Source: Eledone cirrhosa (taxonomy: Eukaryota). Taken from it: 64,000 nt of DNA. Location: positions 2,294,001 to 2,358,000 of the forward strand of contig OZ024760.1 of assembly GCA_964016885.1 (NCBI GenBank), given 5' to 3'. Under the pieces are notes generated by a model, which did no database searches, was not told the origin of the DNA, and saw nothing but the letters and a program-made list of their open reading frames with translations. This document shows positions 22,631 through 36,558 of the stretch, piece by piece. Position numbers and translations under genes: made by a program. Numbering within the stretch: position 1 is the stretch's first letter; each line of letters starts with the position of its first letter.

Positions 22631-22658
22631 ATAGCATTAATTGATAATTATTAATTAA

Positions 22659-22848
22659 GGGCGGTGGATTGGCAGTATCGGTAGAGGGTGGGACGCCATG
22701 CTTTCCAGCATAGTTACGTCCCTTTACGATCCGAGTTCAAATCCCGCCGAGGTTGACTTTGCCTTTCATCCTTACGAGGTTGATAAAATAAAGTACCAGT
22801 AATGTACTGGGTAATTGCTGGCCTTGTGCCTAAAGTAGAAACAATTAA
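22659..22848 (+). mobile_element. Full-length family 2 (Meta-type) SINE with TSD-like attaattga.aattattaat flanks
   Basis: gggcggtggattggcagtatcggtagaggg...gagttcaaatcccgccgaggttgactttgcctttcatcc...gtagaaacaatta. Confidence 0.88.
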
Positions 22849-22930
22849 TTGACAATTATTAATAATGTTATATCATGCAATGGCCATACTCGATAACGGG
22901 GGAGCAGCCATCATGTGTGTATGTATGGGT

Positions 22931-23250
22931 GAAGGTGCATGGCTTTGTGGTTAGGGAATTTGGCTCATGCTCATAAGGTCATGAGTTCAATTCCTGGCAG
23001 TGCGTTGTGTCCTTGAGCAAGACACTTTATTTCACATTGCTCCAGGCCACTCAGCTGACAAAAATGAGTTGTACCTGTGAATCGAAGGGCCTTCCTTGTC
23101 ACATTCTGTGTTATGCCGAATCTCCCTGAGAATTACGTTAAGGGCACGCGTGTTTGTGGAATGCTCAGCCACTTGCACTTTAATTTCACGAGCAGGCTGT
23201 TCCGCTGATCGGGTGAACTGGAACACTTGTGGTCATAACCGACAAAGTGC
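22931..23250 (+). mobile_element. CORE-like SINE with a different 3' body
   Basis: tRNA-like head and tgtccttgagcaagacactttatttcacattgctccag, but the tail is unrelated to that of 8328/11990. Confidence 0.78.
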
Positions 23251-24056
23251 CTTCTATGTATGTGTGTATATATATATGTATGAATGTATGCATGTGTATG
23301 TATGTATATATATATTTGTATATACATATATGCATGTGTATGTATATGTATGGGGACCTAGAAATAATTGGGCTGGATACACAATCGCACGGTTAAACCA
23401 CTGACAGTAAAGGAACCCTAGCCTTTGTCAGAGTATTCAGAGTATTCTAGAAGGCAACTCAGGAAACTGGGATAACTCCGACATAAAACCTGCGGCTCAG
23501 TAGTTTCAGGTTATAGCTACTGTAGCTCAGAGAGTGGGATTGGCTCAGGGCACAGTCTTTCCTCACTTTAAAAAAGATCTTCATGCACAGCCATTAATTG
23601 ATAATTATTAATAATGTTATATTGTGGAATGGCCATATTCGATAACGAGGGGGTAGCCATTATGAATGTATACATTTGGATCTAGCTTTTGAAACAGCCG
23701 AAGCTCAGCTGTTGAGGGTCCTGAATTTTCCATATATATAAGGTAGAATAATGATTAACATGGGTAAGTGATATAATAAGGTTTTATTCTAAGTATTAAC
23801 ATATGTTTCATCACCTAATATATATAAATAGTAATAATAAATGTGAAGACTAAAATCCGAAGAGGGCTTGATAAGGATTGTATATATATATATAAAATAT
23901 ATATAAACCCGTAGAACAAATATTTATTATAAGAATGGATTAAAGTTTAAGCAAAGAATCGCTGCTTTCACCCTTAATGATCCTGTTTAGGGTGAAAGCA
24001 GCGATTCTTTGGTTAAACTTTAATCTGTTCTTATAATAAATATATATATATACATA

Positions 24057-24672
24057 TATATTAAGACAGGGGGGAAGAAAAAATGGCTTCACTTGTGCTT
24101 TCAACAAATTTATTTTCTTCACAAAATCCAAAAAGAATTTTTCTTAAAAAAGATTATTTTAGAAATTAAGTTGTTGGTTGTTGGTTAGGTCTTAGGAGTT
24201 CTTGGTTAACGTAGGAGGTATTGTTTCGTTTTTAGAAAGACCTTTCACGCTGAGGTGCGCTTGTCAAACTGATGTGTATGTGGTGTCTTGTTCTATATAT
24301 AGGGATTTAACATGTCTGTGGTGTGGTGGGGGTTTCTTTTCTCCCCCTTTAATAAGTGCATGGGTGTAGGTGTGTTGAAAAAGTGTTCATAGCAGTAATG
24401 AGTTGAGACGGTGAGTAGGGTTGGGTGGGGAGAAATGTAGCAAGTGCGGCCTGCCCCGGTCATTCTCGAAAAATTCCTTTATTCAGGGGAAAAAGCTTTT
24501 AGTATTGCTTTTGTGTTGAGAATGGTCACAGGCAAATCGCACCTGTCAAGTTTGTGACTAATTATTTTTTTCTTCTTTTTTTCCTGAAAAATTCTTTTTG
24601 GATTTTGTGAAGAAAATAAATTTGTTGAAAGCACAAGTGAAGCCATTTTTTCTTCCCCCCTGTCTTAATATA
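24057..24672. repeat. About 85-bp inverted repeats (24057-24143 / 24586-24672) around a 440-bp spacer
   Basis: The same peptide MDFVKKINLLKAQVKPFFLPPCLNI appears on opposite strands in the ORF track. Confidence 0.88.
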
Positions 24673-24740
24673 CCTAACTGTACCAAGGATTACACACATT
24701 TTCCAATATACATATATATATACATATATATATACACAGC

Positions 24741-25172
24741 AAAACCTACCCTTTTAAGAAAACCCACTGTACCAATAGGAAATGTATCATATGTAAGGTA
24801 AACCCCCGGATAAACTGTAAAACTAGAAACGTAGTCTATAGCATAAGATGTACAGAGGGTACCTGCAGAAACATGACAACAACATACATAGGTGAGACAG
24901 CTCGTAGCATAGGTGAAAAGATAGACCAACACTGGGGGGAACTAAAAGGACGAAAAAACGGATCAGTACTATACGAACATGCTAGACAACAACATGACGG
25001 TAACATAGACAACATAGAAATTAGAATAATATCTAAACATAGAAATGACCCAGCAGATAGGCAAATCAGAGAGGCCAGTGAAATAGAAATTAGAAGACAA
25101 AGACTAAACAGAAAGAATGAATGGAATAACAACAACACCCAAACAAACAACACTGACCTAAGAGAAGTATAA
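24741..25172 (+). pseudogene. Penelope-like element C-terminus: Cys-rich linker and GIY-YIG endonuclease, 5'-truncated, no RT
   Basis: In frame KTYPFKKTHCTNRKCIICKVNPRINCKTRNVVYSIRCTEGTCRNMTTTYIGETARSIGEKIDQH...LYEH...RQIREASEI...LNRKNEW. Confidence 0.88.
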
Positions 25173-25436
25173 ATAAGTAAATAAAATAAAATAAAATAAA
25201 ATAAAATAAATAAATAAATACATACACAAGCACAATAACAACAAACACATAAACACACATTAGTCACCCAATCACGAACACACATCACACATCAAACAAA
25301 ACACTATACACACACGCAAACACATGCGCAAAGAAGACAAAATAAAATAAACAAACAAGCAAATAAATAAATAAATATATAGACAGACTGAATAAAAATG
25401 GCGTAGCCATACAATTCAACTGGAGGAAACAATAGA

Positions 25437-25478
25437 ACCACTGACGATGTTGCAGATATGCAACGAAATATTTATGAT
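25437..25478 (+). ncRNA. Minimal type I hammerhead in the Penelope 3' pseudo-LTR, family B
   Basis: acca-CTGACGA-t-gttgca[gata]tgcaac-GAAA-tatt-TA-tgat; palindromic aaatattt; stem I pairs 3/4; about 265 nt after the GIY-YIG stop. Confidence 0.75.
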
Positions 25479-25896
25479 AAACTATATATATGTGTTTGTG
25501 TCTATATTGTATCTGTATTATTTTTGACCGTCGGTCAGTCAATGGCAACATTGAGGACCGAGTATATTATATTATATTAGATTACCGATATAAAAGACAT
25601 AGAAGCGAAAAGCGAAAACCAACCAAACAGTGAGTGTGTTCTGTTATTAATTCTGGCAATATTACACAAATATGACCTTCCCCAAGTATAACAATATTTG
25701 TTTCGACACACGATTTCATATAAAAAACCTCGCAAAACTAATATATGTATATATATTTATTAAAATAACAGATTAAAGTTTATTATTACTATATGCCAGC
25801 GAACGTTTCCATGAATCAAAGTATCATCTTCCTGTCTTCCTCCGGTTGCAACGTTTTTTGAAATATCCACTTCTGCGTTTACAGATTGACTTTGTT

Positions 25897-25946
25897 AGTT
25901 TCAGAAGATCCCGTTAAGGGTGAAAGCAGCGATTCTTTGCTTAAAC
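25897..25946 (+). ncRNA. Non-canonical hammerhead-like fold, family C, core CAGAAGA
   Basis: gttt-CAGAAGA-tccc[gttaa]gggt-GAAA-gca[gcgattctt]tgc-TT-aaac. Confidence 0.42.
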
Positions 25947-26008
25947 CTTAATCTGTTATTTTAATAAATATATGTATATATATATATATATATATACTAC
26001 TATATTAC

Positions 26009-26039
<31 letters not shown>

Positions 26040-26041
26040 AC

Positions 26042-26074
<33 letters not shown>

Positions 26075-26749
26075 TCATGAAAATAACAGATTAAAGTTTA
26101 TTATTACTATATGTATATATATATATTTATTATAAGAACAGATTAAAGTTTAAGCAAAGAATCGCTGCTTTCACCCTTAACAGGATCATTAAGGGTGAAA
26201 GCAGCGATTCTTTGCTTAAACTTTAATCCATTCTTATAATAAATATTTGTTCTACGGGTTTATATATATTTTATATATATATACAATCCTTATCAAGCCC
26301 TCTTCGGATTTTAGTCTTCACATTTATTATTACTATATATATATATATCATCATTTCATCATCATTTCATTTTACGTCCGCTTTTCCCTGCTTGCAAGGG
26401 TGGGACGGGAACTGATTCTGGCTCTCTCTTTATATATATATATATGATAATAATGGAGCTGCGCATTGCAAATGGGATACATATGAAAAAGTAAGTCCTT
26501 CATCAGTGACCCTCCAACCGTCCCAGGCATTTCATCGCTTTAAGGGCCATATACCTCAGGTTGGTGCGAACAACGGCTAAAAAAAGTCGTTGGGACACGT
26601 AAATAAAGGGGATGTTAGGGTGAACAAACAAAATGGTTTAAGCAACGGAAGGTGAGAAGAAAGAGACAAGTCCCAGATTTCTATGAATATAAACTCGGTG
26701 AAATCGTGAACAAGAGACAAAAGACCATCATATATATATATATATCACG

Positions 26750-26915
26750 CACTGTAAATGTTGTTGGCATTAGGAAGGGCATCCAGCCATAGAAACTTAG
26801 CCAGAAACAGTTCTATATGAGTAAGACACGGTCACCTGACCCCAACTTGCCTCAAATGGGATGATCTATCTAATCCATGCTAGCGTGGAAAATGGACGTT
26901 AAATGATAATGATAT
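26750..26915 (+). mobile_element. RTE 3' tail fragment
   Basis: actgtaaatg...ttaggaagggcatccagcc...ccatgctagcgtggaaaatggacgttaaatgat. Confidence 0.78.
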
Positions 26916-27622
26916 ATATTAGATATTAATGGAAATGTTTTAAGATGTAAGATCTATAAGAAATAAATACTGCATTATATAATACACATCTTTCAGTCTT
27001 TCTTATTTTAAAAACATGGTCTAATTTTAACATTTATACAAATGACAGGATATAAGGTAAAATAACAAAAAAAAAAAAAAAAATGATAAAGAAAAAGAAA
27101 AATGAAAAGAAACATGTTTTACTTTATCTCTCAAAGAACTTTGTTGAAAGATAATTAAATAACTAGATAGATAAAAACGACCCCTCCCCTGTCTATCAGC
27201 TCAACTACCACCATCACCAGTAGAGTTCAAAAGAATGTAAAGATAAACTGTATGCAACAATGTTGTTTAGCAATTAAGGAATGGAGCTTGAAATAGACTT
27301 AATCACAACAAATAGCAACAACAACAAATAGCAATAAATAATACATAAAGAATAACAACAAAATACACAATAGAGAACAACAAAATATAAAATATGAAAT
27401 ATGAAATATATATATATGTATATACATATATATATATGTGTATATATGTGTATATATATACACACATATATATATATTCTCTATATATATATATACTTAT
27501 GTAATAAACAACATAAGATAATTATATATATATATATACAGCACAGTACCTCTGTAATATATATAATAAAATATATTTGATCACACGAATGTCTATATTT
27601 ATTTATATTTTGAATTAATATA

Positions 27623-27714
27623 TATGACCCCGACGGCAGAGCTCAAGCCGTTTCGACGGCTAATTCTGGACGATTAGCCGTCGAAACGGCTTGAGCTCTG
27701 CCGTCGGGGTCATA
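27623..27714. repeat. Perfect GC-rich hairpin with 42-bp arms and 8-nt loop
   Basis: tatgaccccgacggcagagctcaagccgtttcgacggctaat-tctggacg-attagccgtcgaaacggcttgagctctgccgtcggggtcata. Confidence 0.95.
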
Positions 27715-28007
27715 CTTGTTCCTATTACCCACTCTACTACCCTAAGTATTGAGTACTTTGGTGCGTTATGGTCCATCTGGTTCCTTACCACAATTCCTTC
27801 GTTATATATATATATATATACATATATGTATATATACATATACATATCTATATATACATACATACTTATACATATACATACATATATATATATATTCTAT
27901 ATTTACACACACATATATATGGAAGTTAGAAGACAATGGAATATTGCAATTACTGTGAACTCCTGCTAGGAGGTCTAAAATAATTCTCAAAAACCTATTC
28001 TTGTCAC

Positions 28008-28127
28008 TTTCTCTCTTTCTTTCATTCACACACACTCTCTCTCTTTCTTACTCTCTTTGACATTCTCTCTCTCTCTCTCTCATTCACACACACTCTCTCT
28101 CTTTCTTACTCTCTTTGACATTCTCTC

Positions 28128-28158
<31 letters not shown>

Positions 28159-29110
28159 CATTCACACACACTCTCTCTCTTTCTTACTCTCTTTGACATT
28201 CCGTCTCTCTCTCTCTTTCATTCACACACACACTCTCTCTCTTTGACATTCTCTCTCTCTCTCTCTCTTTCATTCACACACTCTCTCTCTTTCTTACTCT
28301 CTTTGTCAATCTCTCTCTCTCTCACTCTCTCTTTCATTCACACGCACACTCTCTCTCGCTCTTTCTTACTCTCTTTGACATTCTCTCTCTCTCTCTCTCT
28401 TTCATTCACACACACTCTCTTTCTTTCTTACTCTCTTTGTCTTACTCTCTCTCTCTCTCTCTCTCTTTCTTTCATTCACACACACTCTCTCTCTTTCTTA
28501 CTCTCTTTGACATTCCCTCCTTCTCTCTCTCTCTCTCTTTCATTCACACACACTCTCTCTCTTTCTTACTCTCTTTGACCTTACCTCTCTCTCTCTCTCT
28601 TTCATTCACACACACGCTCTCTCTCTTTGACGTTCTCTCTCTCTTTCTCTTTCATTCACACACTCTCTCTCTTTCTTACTCTCTTTGTCAATCTCTCTCT
28701 CACTCTCTCTTTCATTCACACACACTCTCTCTTGCTCTTTCTTACTCTCTTTGACATTCTCTCTCTCTCTCCCTCTTTCTTTCATTCACACACACACTCT
28801 CTCTTTCTTACTCTCTTTGTCATTCTCTCTCTCTCTCTCTTTCATTCACAGACACTCTCTCTCTGTCACTCTCTCTCTCTCTTTCTTTCTATCTCTTTAT
28901 CTCTCTATCTGGTCATCACGCTCTCTCTCTTTCTCTCTTTCTTTCATTCACACACACACTCTCTCTTTTTCTTACTCTCTCTGCCATACTCTCTCTTTCT
29001 TACTCTCTCTCTCATTCTCTCTCTCACTCTTCCTCTTTTCTCTCTCTCTCTCTCTATTTTTCTCATTCATTCTCTTTCACTCACACACACACTCTCTCTC
29101 TCTCTGTCAC
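28008..29110. repeat. CT/CA-rich compound minisatellite
   Basis: Recurring ttcattcacacacactctct...ttcttactctctttgacattc. Confidence 0.9.
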
Positions 29111-29174
29111 CCCTCCCCCCTACACCCATTCTCTATGTTACAAATAATTACAAATAAACACTCCATATTATTAT

Positions 29175-29352
29175 CTGGCAGTATCAGTAGAGGGTCGGAC
29201 GCCATGCTTTCCAGCATAGTTACGTTCCTTTACGATCTGAGTTCAAATCCCGCCGAGGTTGACTTTGCCTTTCATCCTTACGGGGTCGATGAAATAAAGT
29301 ACCAGTAATGTACTGGGTAATTGCTGGCCTTGTGCCTAAAGTAGAAACAATT
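29175..29352 (+). mobile_element. Family 2 SINE; further copies at 30338-30510 (+), 35385-35562, 40605-40790, 46335-46515, 46530-46695, 48843-49030, 49322-49460 (-), 48495-48585 and 48705-48812 (+)
   Basis: Same B box and gcctttcatccttacggggtcgat.aaataaagtaccag core. Confidence 0.85.
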
Positions 29353-29509
29353 ATGTTATATACACTGCTATCCAGTCAACATACACAACACCACAAGTGG
29401 CCAATCGGTAGAGTCTCTAGAACAATTGGCTCCAGTTCTCTGAACTCTGAATAAAAATGGTTTCAGGTGGTGCACTATCAAATAGTTAAGTTGGTATTTG
29501 GAACATAAC

Positions 29510-29907
29510 TTAACCCTTTAGCATTTACATTACTTTATATATACTATTGTATTTTCCACACTGTAAATGTGGTTGGTGTTAGGAAGGGCATCCAGCCGTA
29601 GAAAACCTGCCAGATAGTCCTATATGAGCGAGACACGGTCACCCGACCAACCTTGCCTCAAATTGGGACAACTCCCGTCTAACCCATGCTAGCGTGGAAG
29701 ATAGACGTTAAACGATGATGATAATGATGATGAGGCTTTATCTCACATAATTATTTCACATAATATTGAATCTATGAGATTTTGATACTATTTATTTTGA
29801 GAACAATACCTTAACATCAGTATGAGTGGCCAGTTACAGCTGGTTTGAACAGAAAGAGGTGAGAAAATTGTGGCTGGATATGGCCGGTTTAAATGCTTAA
29901 GGGTTAA
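29510..29907. mobile_element. piggyBac-type MITE with a nested RTE tail (29558-29733)
   Basis: TTAA-ccctttagcattta ... taaatgcttaaggg-TTAA. Confidence 0.8.
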
Positions 29908-30139
29908 CATAGGTTCATCATCATCATCATTGGTTTACGTCCATTTTTCAACGCTAGCATGGGTTAGATGAGTTGTCCTGTTGTGGGCAATGCTAAGTCA
30001 GGTGACCATGTCCAAGGGGAAGCCTTGTACTCTCAGTTGCTTCATGCCATGAAACCAGGACAAGCCCCAGCTCAACGCACTGCTTGCAGTGCACGAGGGC
30101 ATGCAATGTTGTCCAAGGAAAAGGAAATGGCTGATACAG

Positions 30140-30293
30140 CTTGGCACCAGTGATGTTGCAACCCATTTCAACAGCTGAGTAAACTGGAGCAATATGGAAT
30201 AGAGAGTCTTGCTCAAGGACACAACACATCATCTCACAACCTTCCAAGTGTAAGCCTAATGCAATGCTCTAACCACTAAGCCATGCATCTTCA
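30140..30293 (-). mobile_element. CORE-like SINE, diverged
   Basis: cagctgagtaaactggagcaat...gtcttgctcaaggacacaacacatc...taaccactaagccatgcatcttca. Confidence 0.72.
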
Positions 30294-30524
30294 CCAATTA
30301 TATTATATACTATACTAGGGTATATTATATACTATACTAGAGGGTCAGATGTCATGCTTTCTACCATAGTTACATAGTTACGTCCCTTTACGGACTGAGT
30401 TCAAATCCCGCCGAGGTTAACTTTGCCTTTCATCCTTACGGGGTCGATAAAATAAAGTACCAGTAATGTGCTGGGTAATTGCTGGCCTTGTGCCATAAGT
30501 AGAAACAATTATATACTTTACTAT

Positions 30525-30825
30525 CAGAGGTGTAACTAGGGTATTGTAAGCATGGCACCTGCCATGGGCACCACATGAAGGGGGCGCCACTTGTACTAGA
30601 AGCACGTTCTATTAAAGTCAAATATGCCTCATCAGAGAGTGAAAAAGAAACTCCTTCAGATGTATGACCTGTCTTTGATTGCCATGGGTGAGAACACTAT
30701 GGTGGCTTGATCATTAAACCATTTATATAAATTATTAGGTCCTTAGGTAAAAATAGAGTGCTGGGCAGGGGTACAATTTCACTGCTTGCCATAGGGGCTA
30801 TTTTACCTAGTTATGCCTGCCTCTG
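30525..30825. mobile_element. hAT-like MITE
   Basis: TIRs cagaggtgtaactagg / cctagttatgcc(tgcc)tctg; flanks tttactat / tattctat. Confidence 0.55.
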
Positions 30826-30829
30826 TATT

Positions 30830-32190
30830 CTATATTATATAAGTTACTATACTACATTCTTATACTATACTATATTATATTACATACTATATTTATATAC
30901 TATATTATATTATATTATATACTATATTATACTATACTATATTATATACTCTACTATACTATATTATATACTATACTATATTTTATACTCTATTATACTA
31001 TACTATATTATATTACATACTATATTTATATACTATATTATATTACATACTATATTTATATACTATATTATATTATATTATATACTATATTATACTATAC
31101 TATATTATATACTCTACTATACTATATTATATACTATACTATATTTTATACTCTATTATACTATACTATATTATATTACATACTATATTTATATACTATA
31201 TTATATTATATTATATACTATATTATACTATACTATATTATATACTATACTATATTATATACTATACTATATTTTATACTCTATTATACTATACTATATT
31301 ATATACTATATATATTATATACTATACTATATTTTTATACTATATTATATACTATATATACTATACTATACTTATATACTATAATATTTTATTATACTTA
31401 TATACTATATTTTATTATATTTATATACTATACTATACTATATTTATATACTATATTATACTATACTATATTATCACATATACTATACTCTACTCTACTA
31501 TACTATACAATTTATCTACTATACTATATTCTCTTATTTACACTATTCTACCAATCCTGTATTTATCCACTCTTCAATAAAAGTGACATCTCACTAAACA
31601 TTGTGCTGCCATAGTTAAAACATACAACAATACAGAACAGAGTTTAATGGCAGCAGGGGGGAGGGGAGGATCTATATTATATCATTATTTACATTTTATT
31701 TCTTATTATCTATATTTCATTTTATTTATATTTTATTTATATTTTACTATATATCATCTTTATTTTCGAGTATTTTATTTATATTATATTTTATATTTAT
31801 TTTAGAGTATTTATTTTATTTTTATTTATATTTTATTTTATTTTAGAGTATTTACTTTATTTCATTTATATATATTTTATTTTATTTTTATTTATATTTA
31901 TATTTTATTTTATTTTTATTTTAGAGTATTTATTTTATTTATATTTTATTTTATGTTTATTTATATTTATTTTTTATTTATTTTAGAGTATTTATTTTAT
32001 TTATATTTTATTATATTTTATCTTTATTTTAGAGTATTTATTTCTATTTTATTTTATTTTATCTTATATATATTTTATTTTATTTTATCTTTATTTTAGA
32101 ATATTTATTTTATCTTATATATATTTTATTTTATTTTACCTTTATTTCAGAATATTTATTTTATTTTATTTTATTTATATTTATATATTG
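30830..32190. repeat. (TATAC/TATAT)n and (TTTA)n low-complexity tracts
   Basis: Directly visible. Confidence 0.9.
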
Positions 32191-32414
32191 TGATATTTTA
32201 GGGAGATTTTTTTGCTTGAATTTTAAGGAAAGTTTTTCCATTTTTTTTTTCTTTTAAAAGCTGATCAATATAGTTAAACAAAGATGGCTGTATCATTAGA
32301 AGGTAAACGTAGGGAGGTATAGGAATTATTGATTGGGGTGTTTACATCATCAGAGGGTCTTACTGGGTTTTCTTTATTTATATTCATTTTCACCAACCAG
32401 TGTGTGTATGTGTG

Positions 32415-32517
<103 letters not shown>

Positions 32518-32859
32518 ATATATCTACATATATATATGTGTGTGTATATAAATATCTACATATATGCGTGTATGTATATGTATAAATGTGTATATACATA
32601 TATGTACATTATATATATATATGTGTGTGTATGTGTGTGTGTGTGTACATACATATATACATGTGTGTTTACACACATATATATATGTATACATACATAC
32701 ACATATGCTATATATGTATACATACATAAATATATATATACACACACACATATATATATATACACATATATATATACACACACAGACATATATATATATA
32801 AATATATATAGGCACACAAAGGAACACACTCACATACAAGTTCACATTATATTTTTCAC

Positions 32860-33518
32860 AATCCAACACAACACAACACACCACAACACACCACAACACA
32901 ACACAACACAACACAACACACCACAATGCAACACAACACAACACAATCCAACACAACACACCAAAACACAACACAACACAACACAACACAACACAACACA
33001 ACACAACACAACACAACACAACACAACACAACACAACACAACACAACACAAAACAACACAACACAACACAACACAACACACCACACCACACCACAACACA
33101 ACACAACACACCACACCACACCACACCACAACACAACACAACACAACACAACACAACCCAATCCAACACAACACAACACAACACAACACAACACAACACA
33201 ACACAATCCAATCCAACACAACACACCACAACACAACACACCACACCACAACACAACACAACACAACACAATCCAATCCAACACAACACACCACAACACA
33301 ACACAACACAACACAACACAATCCAATCCAACACAACACAACACAACACACCACAACACAACACAACACAACACACCACAACACAATCCAACACACCACA
33401 ATCCAATCCAACACAACACACCACAACACAACACAACACACCACAACACAACACACCACACCACAACACAACACAATCCAACACAATCCAACACAACACA
33501 ACACAACACAACACAACA
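32860..33518. repeat. (CACAA)n pentanucleotide repeat
   Basis: Directly visible; explains the CCVVL and QHNTT ORFs. Confidence 0.95.
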
Positions 33519-33656
33519 ATATTAGATTAAATCAGGGTTCCTCCATTGTATGTATGTGACAAGATGATAGAAAAAATAAGTTAGTAGGTAGATAATTATA
33601 TAGAAACTACACAGCCACAGGTAAACAACAGCAATACAGGTAAACATATAAACAGC

Positions 33657-34990
<1,334 letters not shown>

Positions 34991-35110
34991 TATTTCTATT
35001 GGTTTCATTAAACCTATACATTATAAGATGATTGGATCAATAATATCAATACATTGTTTTTGTTTTGTTATGTACATGTTATGTTAGAAACTGGATCAAA
35101 CTGATCATTA

Positions 35111-36378
35111 CAAGAATATACACTGTATTTACTTGAGTATAAGACCTGTGTTTTCCCACAAAAGACTAGCATGTGACTTATCTATAGGACCTAAATTCAA
35201 AATACATGGTATATAACGTCTAAAAATAATTTTGGTAACTAAATTGTTGATAGTATCTTTACTAGTTTACATGAACACCTCAAGAATATATACTGCATAC
35301 ACTTTTGTATAAGACCTCAGTTTTCCCACGAAAAACTAACATGTGACTGACGTACAGGACCTTAATTCAAAATATATGGTATATAATTGTTTCTACTTTA
35401 GACACAAGGCCAGCAATTACCCAATGCATTACTGGTACTTTATTTTATCGACCCTGTAAGGATGAAAGGCAAAGTCAACCTCGGCGAGATTTGAACTCAG
35501 ATCGTAAAGGGATGTAACTATGCTGGAAAGCATGGCGTCCGACCCTCTACCGATACTGCCAAGTCTGAAAATAAGTTTGTTAATTTAATTGTTTATAGTA
35601 TCTTTACAAGTTTACAAGACCACCTCAAGAATTTATGCTGCATATATTTGTGTATAAGACCCATGTTTACCCACAAAAATACATGAAAAACTAGAATCTA
35701 CTGGCCTTACAGCATCATCATCTTCTTCTTCACCCACTTATTCCTGAAAGAGTTGAAGGCAGAGTCCTCAAACACTCCCTCCAGTGGGTCTTGTCAGAAA
35801 CAACCATCTCTAACTGATCCAGCTGGATCCCCAAGTGTGACCAGCCAAGCTCATGGATGTCATCCAACCATCTTGCTTGGGGTCTACCCCTGGGTCTCTT
35901 GCTGGTTGGTTTTGCCCGTAAAATCTGTCCAGAGATTTTTTTCCTCATTCTAACCACATGCCCATAGAATCGAAGCTGTGATCTTTTAATTCAGATAAGT
36001 AGTGGCTCTACCTGGAGCAACTCCACCGATTCTTTCCTGAGACATTCTAACCACATACCCGTAGTATTGGAGCTGTTTCTGAGAAGTAGCAGCTCTACCT
36101 GGAGTGACTCTCTGATCTCAGAGTTATGCACTTTATCGAGTAACGTTACTCCGAAGATCCTACAGCATCTAAATTCAAAATACATGGTATATGGTGTCTA
36201 AAAATAAGTTTGTTAATTCAACTGTTTATAGTATATTTACTAGTTTACATAAATGACTCAAGAATATACACTGTATATACTTGTGTATAAGACTCATGTT
36301 TTTCATGTATAACTAACATGTGACTTATCTACTAGACCTACAGAAACTCAAACCAAAATACATGGTATATAATATCTA
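35111..36378. repeat. Old array of four about 170-bp units split by a SINE (35385-35562) and an RTE fragment (35713-36168)
   Basis: caagaat.ta...tg.at....ttg.gtataagac recurs at about 35111, 35281, 35626 and 36259. Confidence 0.7.
35713..36168 (-). mobile_element. RTE 3' fragment, same family as 13470-14850
   Basis: RIFGVTLLDKVHNSEIRESLQVELLL ... KPTSKRPRGRPQARWLDDIHELGWSHLGI. Confidence 0.82.
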
Positions 36379-36502
36379 AATATATTTATATCTTCGAAAA
36401 TGATATTATACAAAACTATATTTTAAGTTATATTAGAAATGAAATAATTCATCATCATCATCATCGTGGTGGTGGTGGTGGTGGTGGTGGTGGTGGTGGT
36501 AG

Positions 36503-36558
<56 letters not shown>

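Larger units (their letters stand above)
23825..26340. repeat. About 225-bp inverted repeats (23825-24050 / 26118-26340) bracketing the Penelope fragment; each arm contains its own hairpin
   Basis: aatgtgaagactaaaatccgaagagggcttgataaggattg...gaatcgctgctttcacccttaa matches the reverse complement at 26118-26340. Confidence 0.88.

Noticed and set aside
24231-24275. Minus-strand ttgacaa-gcgc[acctca]gcgt-gaaa-g-gtc as a hammerhead
   Set aside because: Two core substitutions and no convincing stem I; possibly a decayed copy but not supportable.
30590-30636. CTGATGAGG on the minus strand
   Set aside because: No downstream GAAA or stems; it lies inside a MITE.
32564-33559. Long ORFs of QHNTT or CCVVL repeats, and similar YI, His and Val-rich ORFs elsewhere
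   Set aside because: They are translations of stop-free microsatellites.
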